DNA of 64,000 nucleotides. It comes from TPA_inf: Saccharomyces (taxonomy: Eukaryota). The position numbers and the translations under genes are program-made. The notes beneath the pieces were generated by a model, which searched no databases, was not told where the DNA came from, and saw nothing but the letters and a program-made list of their open reading frames with translations. This document shows, in pieces, positions 36,357 through 46,919 of this stretch (positions are counted from its first letter, which is position 1; each line of letters opens with the position of its first letter). The stretch spans positions 128,001-192,000 of the forward strand of contig BK006936.2 in NCBI GenBank assembly GCA_000146045.2. Direction: 5' to 3'.

Positions 36357-36369
36357 CGTGCATCGTGAT
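36357..36369. promoter_or_regulatory. Abf1-like site CGTGCATCGTGAT (CGTNNNNNRYGAY) in PET9 upstream region
   Basis: consensus match seen in sequence; inference only. Confidence 0.35.
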
Positions 36370-36487
36370 GTTATTTGTTACGTATGGAAAAATCGTGTCT
36401 ATACTTCTGTATAATATATGTATGGTTATAGTGAACACATATATATAAATACATATATAAGAGGAAGAAAAGGAAATTATTTCGTTA

Positions 36488-36772
36488 TCAGTTGGGCTGC
36501 TTTTGTCGTAAGTTTTGTTGTTCTTGAATGACTTTATTAAGCTGTTCGTCATTCTTAAAATCTTGTCGCCAATTGCATATGGGGCAGTGCAACTGTTTTC
36601 CCCAGAAGACCGGAACCAACGGTATAAACCAAATAGTGAAAAATTCCTTTCTTTTTATGGGGCCGACACTATAATTGTGACAATTCGGGCAATACAGGTT
36701 TTGATGTCCGGGAACGGTATCGTATGAAGAGTCGAAACTCTTCATACCACATACAATAGGTATGAATGACAT
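36488..36772 (-). CDS. YBL029C-A: Small Cys-rich protein of unknown function (94 aa)
   Basis: ORF-track 36488..36859; Met30 MSFIPIVCGMKSFDSSYDTVPGHQNLYCPNCHNYSVGPIKRKEFF... gives 94 aa; CxxC...CxxC zinc-ribbon-like pattern. Confidence 0.6.
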   Translation of the reverse strand: MSFIPIVCGMKSFDSSYDTVPGHQNLYCPNCHNYSVGPIKRKEFFTIWFIPLVPVFWGKQLHCPICNWRQDFKNDEQLNKVIQEQQNLRQKQPN

Positions 36773-37894
36773 GGTAATTTTTTCTTTTTGAGGTTGTGTA
36801 TTAAGTTGCTTATCTGATTTCACTTTACACCAATCTTCCTTGCTGACATTTATTCCCAACTTGTTCTTCAGCCGCTTGTTTTATAACGTACATTATTGTA
36901 AAAACGGAGTAGAAAGGGAAAAAGGGAAAGGGATGGACGTGGCTAATGCGCATCTTCGTTTGTGTGTATATCCTTTGATCTTCACTACATAATTTGTTAC
37001 CCGACAATGCTTTTTTTTTTTTCTCAATTTTCATCTCTTTTCTTTTTCCTCATTTCTTATGAAAATCAGTGTGACTAAAATGAGACTTCGTATTTTTTGT
37101 AGAGGCACCATACGCCGGCTCCGCCGTCACCACATTCTCCCCTGCCGGTAAAGACCGGCGCACGCGGAAAAGGCGTACATAGCGTCGGGCGGTAACGGAG
37201 TCATTCCATCGCTGATAATTACCCCTTGCAGCAAACCCAGAGCCCTATTACGAATCTAGCCCATACACCGCGTTAGAGCACTCGCCGTTTTGCTCCGGGT
37301 CGTGCCGTCGTACATGCATACGCGTCCTGCAGGCATACCATAAGCCCACATACAATCACCTGTAGAAAGAAACAAAGCTTGTGTATGTAATCAAAGCAGA
37401 AATCTGATGGGTTCGAACGACTTCGTTATAGAAATATTATCTTTGGGTCTCGTCCTGCGTTATTCCTCCTGTCTCCTGCCGCTTTGATAACCTTTTCATT
37501 CCTCCCCTTAACTTGTTATTTCGTGTTACGATATTGGGTAACTTAGTAGCGTAAATGGTAAAATGTAGGGACTCAATCTCATAGGTGGTTATGTTTTTCG
37601 TTCTCATTTTTCAAATCTGTGACTTCACAGACAAAACGCGTAGTGATTTCTTTATCTGAATGAGCCTTCGAAAAAAAAAACAACGATTTCTTATGCAGTT
37701 AGTCGGCCAGTTGGTTATTGACTATCTGTGCGATTCCCCTTCCTGCATAAAAATAAACACAATCTTAATACGCCATACGTTGACTCCATTTTTTGCTCGT
37801 TTCATTATATTATCTTCCCATGCCGCTCCTGCGTGGGATTCCCTTTATTATAACTTTTAAGGTTTCTACCCACATATATGCAATTTTTATCATG

Positions 37895-37902
<8 letters not shown>

Positions 37903-37926
<24 letters not shown>
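37903..37926 (+). promoter_or_regulatory. 24-nt poly(dT) tract about 210 bp upstream of YBL029W
   Basis: uninterrupted T24 seen in sequence. Confidence 0.5.
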
Positions 37927-38133
37927 CTCTCTTTGTTGTGTTTTCGAGAAAAAGTTCAATTGTTTAAAAGGAATTAAGCAAATTATATATATGCGACTGT
38001 TGGTTTCCAGTTCTAATCTGTACTCTTTTTTTTGAATTTGCACTGTTATCTCCTTTTATACTTGCGTGTTAATCTTGTATTAGGCAAAAGCTTAGTCGTA
38101 ATATATAGAGATTATAAAACCAAAATAAAGCTA

Positions 38134-39264
38134 ATGTGCGCCAATATCCCCGAATTCGACTCTTTTTACGAAAATGAAAATATAAATTACAACTTGGAAT
38201 CATTCGCACCTTTAAATTGTGATGTTAATTCGCCCTTTCTCCCCATTAATAACAATGACATCAACGTTAATGCTTATGGTGACGAAAATTTAACGTACTC
38301 CAACTTTTTACTGTCTTATAACGATAAGCTGGCTACTACAACTGCTAAAAACAATAGCATTAATAATAGTAATAGTAATAATAATAGTAATAATAATAAA
38401 AATAATAATAATAATCATAATAATAATAATCTACTCGGTAATGACATCAGTCAGATGGCCTTTTTACTCGATTACCCTTCTACTCTCAACGAACCGCAAT
38501 TTGCCGTAAATTGTAAAGACATTTACAGAAAGGATATATCAACGCCTTCGTCATTAGTTTCGAGTCTGCCACCTGCAAAGTTTTCGTTATCCCTATCGAA
38601 TTCGCCTTCTCCGCCACCACCATCGTCGTCCTCTTTGAAACATGGGGAAGCAATAATTTCTAATACCAGCGAAAGCAGTGACATATTTGCCGATCCTAAT
38701 TCGTTTGAAAAGGATACTATGCCCCTAACGCAAGAACTGACGCTAGAAAATCTAAATAATCAATTAAACTATCCCGATTTCACGATAAACGCCATCGAGC
38801 AGGATCCTGCCCCTTCGTCTTTTTCATCCTCATCTTCGTCTTCGGAGTCAACGGTCTCTTCCAGCAGGAAGAGGAAGCCCTGTCATGATTCCTACACACA
38901 TTCTTCACCCTCTTCCTCAGAGTCTAAGAAAATTTCCGACTCGAGATTATCCGCCGAAGGTTTAGCCAAAGTGCTTAATTTAGAATCCCCCGAAGAAGCT
39001 TTAAAAAGAGAACGCTTTATATTGGGTATTTTCCAGAATGAATTAAATTACCCGCTAGGTTACAAAACGTGGATTAGGGATACTACAAAAGAATATAGGA
39101 CAAAGTTAATCAATCAACTGCACGAACGAGTAAAGGTAAAGTACCCCGAATACAACCAGTCCATACTGGAAACAATAATTAGACGAGGCACCTACTACAT
39201 GATGCAGAGTAGGTTAAGAAGAGAGAGGAGAATGAAGCTTAAGGAACGTAAAAGAACAACCTAA
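38134..39264 (+). CDS. YBL029W: Protein of unknown function (376 aa) with Asn/Ser-rich low-complexity tract
   Basis: ORF-track 38032..39264; Met35 MCANIPEFDSFYENEN... gives 376 aa; (AAT)n-rich segment 38356..38429 encodes an N/S-rich tract. Confidence 0.75.
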   Translation: MCANIPEFDSFYENENINYNLESFAPLNCDVNSPFLPINNNDINVNAYGDENLTYSNFLLSYNDKLATTTAKNNSINNSNSNNNSNNNKNNNNNHNNNNLLGNDISQMAFLLDYPSTLNEPQFAVNCKDIYRKDISTPSSLVSSLPPAKFSLSLSNSPSPPPPSSSSLKHGEAIISNTSESSDIFADPNSFEKDTMPLTQELTLENLNNQLNYPDFTINAIEQDPAPSSFSSSSSSSESTVSSSRKRKPCHDSYTHSSPSSSESKKISDSRLSAEGLAKVLNLESPEEALKRERFILGIFQNELNYPLGYKTWIRDTTKEYRTKLINQLHERVKVKYPEYNQSILETIIRRGTYYMMQSRLRRERRMKLKERKRTT

Positions 39265-39517
39265 TTTTATTACCCAAAAAAAAAAATGCATTATATATTT
39301 CATCCATATATAGAACACACTTACTCACATAAAAGACAAATATATAAAAGTGAACCGGTTTTCATATCATCACCCTCTGTTGTCCTTTCAACTCTTAAAT
39401 TGTCTAGGAAGAGATAAAGCACGGTGAAGAATAAAAATAACGTCGGAATTTTAGTATGGTACATAATTAAAAATTTTACAACCTAGCTCCTATCAAGTTC
39501 TTATTACCTTCATTTTA

Positions 39518-39838
39518 TCAGAATCTGGTGAAAGAAGTTTTTTTCTTAGATTGTTTCATCAGCTTAGCCTTTTTATAAGTGTGATGTCTACCGTCTCTCC
39601 AACCAGAGGTGCTGATTTTTTTTCTGGGAGCTTCTTCATTGGATTTTTTCTCGTCGACATCCATGTCAATTCCTTGCTCTTCTTTCTTTTTTAGATCTTC
39701 TAATTTTTGCTTTAGTAAGTCTTCCTTTAGTTTATCGGATATTCTTTGTTCACGTGCATCTACTGCTTTTTGGAAAACGCCACGTCTTTTGACAGATTTA
39801 GCATTTAGATGACTGCTAGCACGTAATGATTTGGCCAT
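39518..39838 (-). CDS. YBL028C: Small basic nucleolar protein (106 aa)
   Basis: 106-aa K/R/E-rich ORF MAKSLRASSHLNAKSVKRRGVFQKAVDAREQR... Confidence 0.8.
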   Translation of the reverse strand: MAKSLRASSHLNAKSVKRRGVFQKAVDAREQRISDKLKEDLLKQKLEDLKKKEEQGIDMDVDEKKSNEEAPRKKISTSGWRDGRHHTYKKAKLMKQSKKKTSFTRF

Positions 39839-40422
39839 GATTCTTGTTCTAGTAAGTTTTAACTTATTTTATATGCTGAACTCTTGGTTTGTCATCAGTG
39901 TCAATATATCAGAATGTTTTACTAATACCTAGTACGAAAATTTTTCGTAGAGCCTCATCGCTCTGTCTCTCGCTATCCAAAAAAAAAAAAAAAAGTGGAA
40001 CTGGATGAATATTGCGTATAAGGACAGTGTTTTAAAACCCAGACATATTTTTCACCAGTACCTCTTGGAAAACGGAAAAAGTTTTTTTGCGAATACTTTC
40101 AATTCTTGAGTTGTAAGGCTGCATCCCTCCGTAGAACAAACCAGAGAGCCGAGCTTAGTAATGAGCTTACGGAATGTTCGTCCCACTGGGAGGGAGTGGC
40201 AATACCGTCTAACCTCTCGCCTACGTTCTCATCGCTATGGGAATTGGGCAGGCCTGGTGGGACTGGCCCTTCTTTCTACACATTCCACATCGGTAGCTTG
40301 TTATACTCCTCGGGAGATTACTGTATCTACATCGGGATACTAATAGTACATTTATACGCTAGTGCTACTTGATAGATCTTTTCACCAAATCGAATAAAAA
40401 GTCACCAATAAATTAGAGGAAA

Positions 40423-41376
40423 ATGTATGTTTAACAGTGATACTAAATTTTGAACCTTTCACAAGATTTATCTTTAAATATGTTATGAATGTCATCCTTT
40501 GGAGAGAAATAGATAAGGAAAAAAATTGAGGATACAGCATCCGGTGGTCGCATAGTTGGTAGCAACATCCATAGAAGAACCTCAGATAAATTTCAAGCTT
40601 GTACGAATTGCCGCGTTTATTACAAACTATAGAATTATCGCAGCAATGGTACGTGTCTGTTCCTGCAAGCGTTAATTCGATTGATAGATAAAGTAATTCA
40701 TTAACCTTTGCGAATATGCTCTTTACTGTTAGGTTTCAGGATTTTAAAAATGAAGCAACTTTACTAACATCAATATGCAAATAAATCTGCAAAAACTTTT
40801 TTTCACAGGGCTAACTTGCGTACTCAAAAGAGACTTGCCGCTTCTGTTGTCGGTGTTGGTAAGAGAAAGGTTTGGTTAGACCCAAACGAAACTTCTGAAA
40901 TTGCCCAAGCCAACTCTAGAAATGCCATTAGAAAATTGGTCAAGAACGGAACCATCGTCAAGAAGGCCGTTACTGTCCACTCTAAATCTAGAACTAGAGC
41001 CCATGCTCAATCCAAGAGAGAAGGTCGTCACAGTGGTTACGGTAAGAGAAAGGGTACTAGAGAAGCTCGTTTACCATCCCAAGTCGTCTGGATCAGAAGA
41101 TTACGTGTCTTGAGAAGATTATTGGCCAAGTACCGTGACGCTGGTAAGATTGACAAGCATTTGTACCACGTTTTGTACAAGGAATCCAAGGGTAACGCCT
41201 TCAAGCACAAGAGAGCTTTGGTTGAACACATTATTCAAGCTAAGGCTGATGCTCAACGTGAAAAGGCTTTGAACGAAGAAGCTGAAGCTAGAAGATTGAA
41301 GAACAGAGCTGCTCGTGACAGAAGAGCTCAAAGAGTTGCTGAAAAGAGAGACGCTTTGCTAAAGGAAGACGCTTAA
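40423..41376 (+). CDS. RPL19B: Ribosomal protein L19 (eL19), 189 aa; exons 40423..40424 (AT) and 40809..41376
   Basis: Exon 2 is ORF-track 40816..41376 extended to the acceptor at 40809. AT followed by GTATGT at 40425, branch TACTAAC near 40771, CAG acceptor 40806..40808. Spliced product [44 protein letters not shown]... is 570 nt = 189 aa + stop. Confidence 0.9.
40425..40808 (+). other. RPL19B: RPL19B intron (384 nt) interrupting the start codon after its second nucleotide
   Basis: GTATGT...TTTACTAAC...CAG. Confidence 0.85.
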
Positions 41377-41961
41377 TTGATTACAAATAATTAGCTAAGA
41401 AATTACGTACCTTCTCATTGTTCTATATATGTTTTATTTTCTCTAAAATGTACCAAATACAATAATAGTTTCAAAGGAGCAGAGAAAGAAACTAAGGTGA
41501 AGGAGACTGTTCGTAGAATAAATGAATATTGATTAAAATTTTCTGAAAAAAAGAGTAATGAAGTCGTAGTCATCGCTAATGTACCGTAAGTGAGTTCTGA
41601 AAGGAGGCGGGTTCTTGTTTCAACGTAGCTTGTCTAGTCCTTTATGGCATCGTGTAAAATTGGTATATATTCAGAACACCCAGGAGTGAATTGATTTGCT
41701 GCTATAGGGGGAAATAAGATGTAACGATATTTTTTGTACTGAATTTCTTTGATGATACTGCCAGGATTGAGAGTTTGGTTGCCACATGTACGCTTAGGAC
41801 ACTCATGACTATCACTCCTGTGTATCGCTTCCATGTCGTATACCCACTGGCCGATTCTCACCCTCTGCATTGTATGATATTACTAGTATTGCTTGTTTCA
41901 GGGGCAAGAATTTTCACTAATACACTACCAGTTTATGATAGCTTATCTACATCCTTTTACT

Positions 41962-42006
41962 GCAAAATTATTCTGGATTTGCAAAATTATTCTGGATTTG
42001 CAAAAG
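41962..42006 (+). repeat. 19-bp direct tandem repeat GCAAAATTATTCTGGATTT, two full copies plus a partial third
   Basis: two perfect adjacent copies at 41962..41980 and 41981..41999, partial copy to 42006. Confidence 0.8.
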
Positions 42007-42247
42007 TTCGGCTTCACTATCAAAGCGAAAGGTGACCTTTTTATCGTACCTTTAAGAAAGATAGGCATAAACAATACTGTGTGGCAGGAAAAGATTTGAT
42101 GAAGACCAAAAACAGCATCGAAGTGCTTTGCTACGATTTCTTTTTTTACTCTCCGGTTATTTTGAGCTATCTTGTCATTATATCTTTAAATTTATATATT
42201 TCTTTGCCCAGCTTTTAAGCGTTCACTGGAATTGCCCATATGTTCAC

Positions 42248-42258
42248 TAAATATAAAA
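42248..42258 (-). other. Perfect ARS consensus sequence TTTTATATTTA (WTTTAYRTTTW) in AT-rich RPL19B-LSM2 intergenic; candidate origin, possibly ARS208
   Basis: 11/11 ACS match on minus strand seen in sequence, inside a 1.2-kb gene-free AT-rich interval; the ARS208 assignment is from vague memory of its chrII location. Confidence 0.4.
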
Positions 42259-42622
42259 CTGATTATTCTCTCCTCTATATTGTCATCTCGGCAGAAAAGC
42301 TACTTTTAAATAAGTTTTAAACACCAGTTTTCTGCAATGATAAAAATAGCTACTTTGGATAGAGGCTGAGGCCTAACTAGTTGGAAGAAACTACTTAGGG
42401 ATCCTTTGTACGGGAAACTTTTTTCCGCTGTTGTAATTGTATCATTGTCGTTGTTCATTTTTCAAATCCAGGCAATGAGGAAGTTTTGAACCAAAAAAAA
42501 TAAAACCGAAAACAGAGCAACTTTAATTATAGTACGGCATATAAGGAAAACAAATCCAGAATTCAATAAAAGAATACAATACTTTCGAACACATATCTCA
42601 CGCTGATAACACCCTAGCAAGT

Positions 42623-43038
42623 ATGCTTTTCTTCTCCTTTTTCAAGACTTTAGTTGACCAAGAAGTGGTCGTAGAGGTATGTTCATAATGATTTACATCG
42701 GAATTCCCTTTGATACAAGAAAACTAACGGGTATCGTACATCAATTTTTGAAAAAAGTCAAGTACTAACGTTTGTTTACCCCTGTTTATTGTGTTTCCAC
42801 TCAGTTAAAAAACGACATTGAAATAAAAGGTACACTACAATCAGTTGACCAATTTTTGAATCTGAAACTAGACAACATATCATGCACAGATGAAAAAAAA
42901 TATCCACACTTGGGTTCCGTAAGGAATATTTTTATAAGAGGTTCAACAGTCAGGTACGTTTACTTGAATAAGAACATGGTAGATACGAATTTGCTACAAG
43001 ACGCTACCAGAAGGGAGGTAATGACTGAAAGAAAATAA
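42623..43038 (+). CDS. LSM2: Sm-like protein Lsm2 (95 aa); exons 42623..42676 and 42805..43038
   Basis: Exon 1 ATGCTTTTCTTCTCC...GTCGTAGAG followed by GTATGT, branch TACTAAC near 42764, CAG acceptor at 42802..42804. Spliced product MLFFSFFKTLVDQEVVVELKNDIEIKGTLQSVDQFLNLKLDNISC... has the Sm fold motif and is 95 aa. Confidence 0.9.
42677..42804 (+). other. LSM2: LSM2 intron (128 nt)
   Basis: GTATGT...GTACTAACG...CAG. Confidence 0.85.
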
Positions 43039-43480
43039 GAATTATGCAGTCTATCCTCATGGCATTTTTTCTCATTAGTTTTTTACACGAGTATCATTTT
43101 AGGATATTGAGATTATATGTATATGTATATATGTAGGCCATAAGATGATTCAACGGTTTGTATTAATTATCCGGTTCCGAGCGTTAGGAGAAATAACTTG
43201 GTGTGATATCTGTCAAGTGGTCATCCAAAATTTTTTTGGCCAGAGCGTAAGCTACGTAGACTGATGAGGAATTCTTTTTTTTTGCCCCATTTTATCCCAA
43301 GAAATTCATTATGAGGTTTTGTTTTGTTTTACTAAATGCGCTTGATGGAAAAGCGAATGTCATGAAATGCAGATCAACACTCCAATAAAAAAGTAAATGT
43401 TTTTAAAGAAGTATATCACGCTACAAAAATTCATAAGCACTATATTTCGAACGTTAACCTAAATCTCTCCCACTAAGAAA

Positions 43481-43918
43481 ATGGATAGAAATGTATATGA
43501 AGCCTGCAGCAATATAATTAAGGAATTTGGAACACATGTAGTGAGCGCCGATGAAGTACTCGCAGAAAAAATAGATAATGCTGTTCCTATACCGTTCAAA
43601 ACAAGGGAGGAGATAGATGCCGACGTGGAAAAAGATAGAAACGAAGGAGTTTTCGAAGGTAATATCATTCCTGATATCGACCTACGTGTAGTACACTACT
43701 ACGCCACGCAGTTGTGTCTAAATAAGTATCCTCATTTGATTAACGCCTTTGATGAGACAAGCCTTATAACATTGGGTTTACTCATCGAAAAGTGGGTAAA
43801 AGACTATCTAACCAGCATCCAGACAGAACAGGGAAGGCAAAGTAAGGTAATCGGGAAGGGGCCATGCGAATTCATATCAAAACATATTGATTATAGGCAT
43901 GCGCCAGGTAATATCTGA
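43481..43918 (+). CDS. RRN10: RNA polymerase I upstream activation factor subunit (145 aa)
   Basis: 145-aa ORF MDRNVYEACSNIIKEFGTHVVSADEVLAEK...; length and synteny match. Confidence 0.85.
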   Translation: MDRNVYEACSNIIKEFGTHVVSADEVLAEKIDNAVPIPFKTREEIDADVEKDRNEGVFEGNIIPDIDLRVVHYYATQLCLNKYPHLINAFDETSLITLGLLIEKWVKDYLTSIQTEQGRQSKVIGKGPCEFISKHIDYRHAPGNI

Positions 43919-44533
43919 ATGTAGCAAAAACCTGGCTTTTGCGGCTGGGGAGGATGGAAGGCTTTTGTAGGCTATTATCTACTCGAGGAAGGAACGTTAG
44001 AATATCTCCATTTTTCACGCAAAATGTGGTTCTGAGTTAATGCGTGTGCTGAAGCATAACATGAGTTATTCCCTGTATGTATGTACAGTATTTCAATTTC
44101 GCAGACCGTGGGTTACATATGTGAGCGATTAGGAAGTAGTGAAGTAATTATGGCAAGTCTAGAGGTCCGGCTGATCCCTTGCGGTGCTGAAGTAACGAAA
44201 CCGCGCGCATATCTTTTGGAAGAGATTAATTTGCACTGAATTTTCAAACTTAATTAGCGAGAAGAAGTAGATGCATTTCAATTATGCCAAAAGCAGTATT
44301 TATTACTTCTTATAGAATATAGTATCACTTACGCTCATTTAGTGTACCCACTTACGTATTAAATGACGTACTTTTTTTTTGTCCTCTTCTGTAGCTTTTT
44401 TTCACTTTGAAAAATTTAGCGCTGAGTTCTTCCAAAGACGTCAAATCACCTACTATAGTTAAAAACATATTACTTATACTAGTTCTAACACTTCCTTTTA
44501 TCTACACTGTAATCCGAAGAATACACTATAAGG

Positions 44534-46588
44534 ATGGCTAGAAGAAAGAATTTCAAAAAAGGGAACAAGAAGACTTTTGGTGCTCGTGATGACTCGAGAG
44601 CTCAAAAAAACTGGTCTGAACTGGTAAAGGAAAATGAAAAATGGGAAAAATACTATAAGACTTTAGCTCTTTTCCCAGAAGATCAATGGGAAGAATTTAA
44701 AAAGACATGTCAAGCTCCACTTCCTCTAACTTTTAGAATTACAGGTTCTAGAAAGCATGCCGGTGAGGTCCTGAATTTGTTTAAAGAAAGACATCTACCA
44801 AACTTGACTAATGTTGAGTTTGAAGGTGAGAAGATTAAGGCCCCTGTAGAATTACCTTGGTATCCAGACCATCTTGCTTGGCAATTGGACGTTCCTAAGA
44901 CGGTTATTAGAAAGAATGAACAATTCGCAAAAACTCAGAGATTTTTAGTTGTTGAAAATGCCGTTGGTAATATCTCAAGACAAGAAGCCGTTTCAATGAT
45001 TCCTCCAATCGTTCTAGAAGTAAAACCTCATCACACTGTTTTAGATATGTGTGCTGCTCCTGGCTCCAAAACTGCTCAATTAATCGAAGCCTTGCACAAG
45101 GATACAGATGAACCATCTGGTTTCGTTGTAGCTAATGATGCCGATGCCAGAAGATCTCATATGTTGGTTCACCAATTGAAGAGATTGAACAGTGCCAACT
45201 TGATGGTTGTCAACCATGACGCCCAATTCTTCCCACGTATCAGATTACATGGCAACTCAAATAACAAGAATGATGTTTTAAAATTTGACAGAATCCTGTG
45301 TGACGTTCCATGTTCTGGTGATGGTACCATGAGGAAAAATGTTAATGTTTGGAAAGACTGGAACACACAAGCAGGTCTTGGTTTGCATGCTGTTCAGCTG
45401 AATATATTAAACAGGGGTTTGCATCTTCTAAAGAACAACGGTAGATTGGTTTACTCAACCTGTTCTTTAAATCCTATTGAAAATGAAGCGGTTGTTGCCG
45501 AAGCGTTAAGAAAGTGGGGTGACAAGATTAGATTAGTTAACTGTGATGATAAGCTTCCTGGCCTAATAAGATCCAAGGGTGTATCCAAATGGCCTGTCTA
45601 TGACAGAAATTTGACTGAGAAAACCAAAGGAGACGAAGGTACACTAGATAGTTTCTTTTCACCATCTGAAGAAGAGGCATCGAAATTCAATTTACAAAAT
45701 TGTATGAGGGTTTATCCTCACCAACAAAACACAGGCGGATTTTTCATTACTGTTTTCGAAAAAGTCGAAGATAGCACTGAGGCGGCTACAGAGAAACTAT
45801 CTTCTGAAACCCCAGCTCTAGAGTCTGAAGGACCTCAAACAAAGAAAATAAAGGTAGAAGAAGTCCAAAAGAAAGAAAGACTACCACGTGACGCGAACGA
45901 AGAGCCTTTTGTTTTCGTTGATCCACAGCACGAAGCTTTAAAAGTTTGTTGGGATTTCTACGGCATCGATAATATTTTCGACAGAAACACTTGTTTAGTG
46001 CGTAACGCCACTGGTGAACCAACAAGAGTGGTTTACACTGTGTGTCCAGCATTGAAGGATGTTATTCAAGCGAATGACGATAGGTTGAAGATTATTTATT
46101 CTGGTGTAAAATTGTTTGTCTCTCAAAGAAGTGATATCGAATGTTCATGGAGAATCCAAAGTGAATCATTGCCAATAATGAAACACCATATGAAATCTAA
46201 TAGAATTGTTGAAGCTAATTTAGAGATGTTAAAACACTTGTTAATCGAATCTTTCCCTAACTTTGACGACATTCGTTCGAAGAACATCGATAATGATTTT
46301 GTTGAAAAGATGACAAAATTAAGCTCTGGTTGCGCCTTTATTGATGTGTCAAGAAATGACCCTGCCAAAGAAAACTTATTCTTGCCTGTGTGGAAAGGCA
46401 ACAAGTGTATCAATTTGATGGTTTGTAAAGAAGATACTCATGAGCTATTATATAGGATCTTTGGTATTGATGCGAATGCCAAGGCTACTCCAAGCGCTGA
46501 AGAAAAAGAAAAAGAAAAAGAAACGACTGAATCTCCCGCAGAAACTACTACCGGAACCTCTACTGAAGCTCCTAGCGCTGCTAATTGA
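44534..46588 (+). CDS. NCL1: tRNA (cytosine-5)-methyltransferase, NOL1/NOP2/Sun family (684 aa)
   Basis: 684-aa ORF with SAM-MTase motifs (VLDMCAAPGSKT, DRILCDVPCSGDGT, TCS) typical of Trm4. Confidence 0.93.
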   Translation: MARRKNFKKGNKKTFGARDDSRAQKNWSELVKENEKWEKYYKTLALFPEDQWEEFKKTCQAPLPLTFRITGSRKHAGEVLNLFKERHLPNLTNVEFEGEKIKAPVELPWYPDHLAWQLDVPKTVIRKNEQFAKTQRFLVVENAVGNISRQEAVSMIPPIVLEVKPHHTVLDMCAAPGSKTAQLIEALHKDTDEPSGFVVANDADARRSHMLVHQLKRLNSANLMVVNHDAQFFPRIRLHGNSNNKNDVLKFDRILCDVPCSGDGTMRKNVNVWKDWNTQAGLGLHAVQLNILNRGLHLLKNNGRLVYSTCSLNPIENEAVVAEALRKWGDKIRLVNCDDKLPGLIRSKGVSKWPVYDRNLTEKTKGDEGTLDSFFSPSEEEASKFNLQNCMRVYPHQQNTGGFFITVFEKVEDSTEAATEKLSSETPALESEGPQTKKIKVEEVQKKERLPRDANEEPFVFVDPQHEALKVCWDFYGIDNIFDRNTCLVRNATGEPTRVVYTVCPALKDVIQANDDRLKIIYSGVKLFVSQRSDIECSWRIQSESLPIMKHHMKSNRIVEANLEMLKHLLIESFPNFDDIRSKNIDNDFVEKMTKLSSGCAFIDVSRNDPAKENLFLPVWKGNKCINLMVCKEDTHELLYRIFGIDANAKATPSAEEKEKEKETTESPAETTTGTSTEAPSAAN

Positions 46589-46919
46589 TAGTTATCATGT
46601 TTCTTATCCCCTCCACTGTAAAGTAAATGTATATTATTAAAAGGCAAAAATAAGAATATAATACTTCAGTAATGAGCCTTTTTTATTCGGTCTTGTTACT
46701 TCTTTTTTACTTCATTTTTTTTTTTTTTTTTGGATAGTAAATAATGCACTTTTGACTAGATCTTGAGTATTTAGTTGAATTGAAATTAAAGATACAGTGT
46801 ATAAAAATTATACAAAAAATAAAGGAAACTTGTATATTGAAAATAGGATTGCCAATACATGGATTGAGACAGAGAATTTTTTATCTTCATATCCAGATAT
46901 TCGTAGGAATAACAAAGTT

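Noticed and set aside
36156-36368. 70-aa ORF in PET9 upstream region
   Set aside because: It spans the CCAAT/Abf1 site cluster of the PET9 promoter, so it is regulatory DNA and not coding.
37810-38043. 77-aa minus-strand ORF containing KKKKKKKKEKN, and the overlapping plus-strand FFFFFFFF ORF
   Set aside because: They are artefacts of translating the T24/A24 homopolymer in the YBL029W promoter.
40106-40372. 88-aa ORF (and nested 60-aa ORF) in a moderately GC-rich segment upstream of RPL19B
   Set aside because: No domain, no known gene here as far as I recall, and it overlaps the expected RPL19B promoter/5' UTR. I could not find convincing snoRNA box C/D or H/ACA motifs by eye either. It remains a low-priority candidate for a promoter-associated transcript.
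46438-46647. Mirror ORFs at the NCL1 3' end containing poly-K/poly-F
   Set aside because: They are produced by the (GAAAAA)n / T17 low-complexity sequence at the NCL1 C-terminus and terminator.
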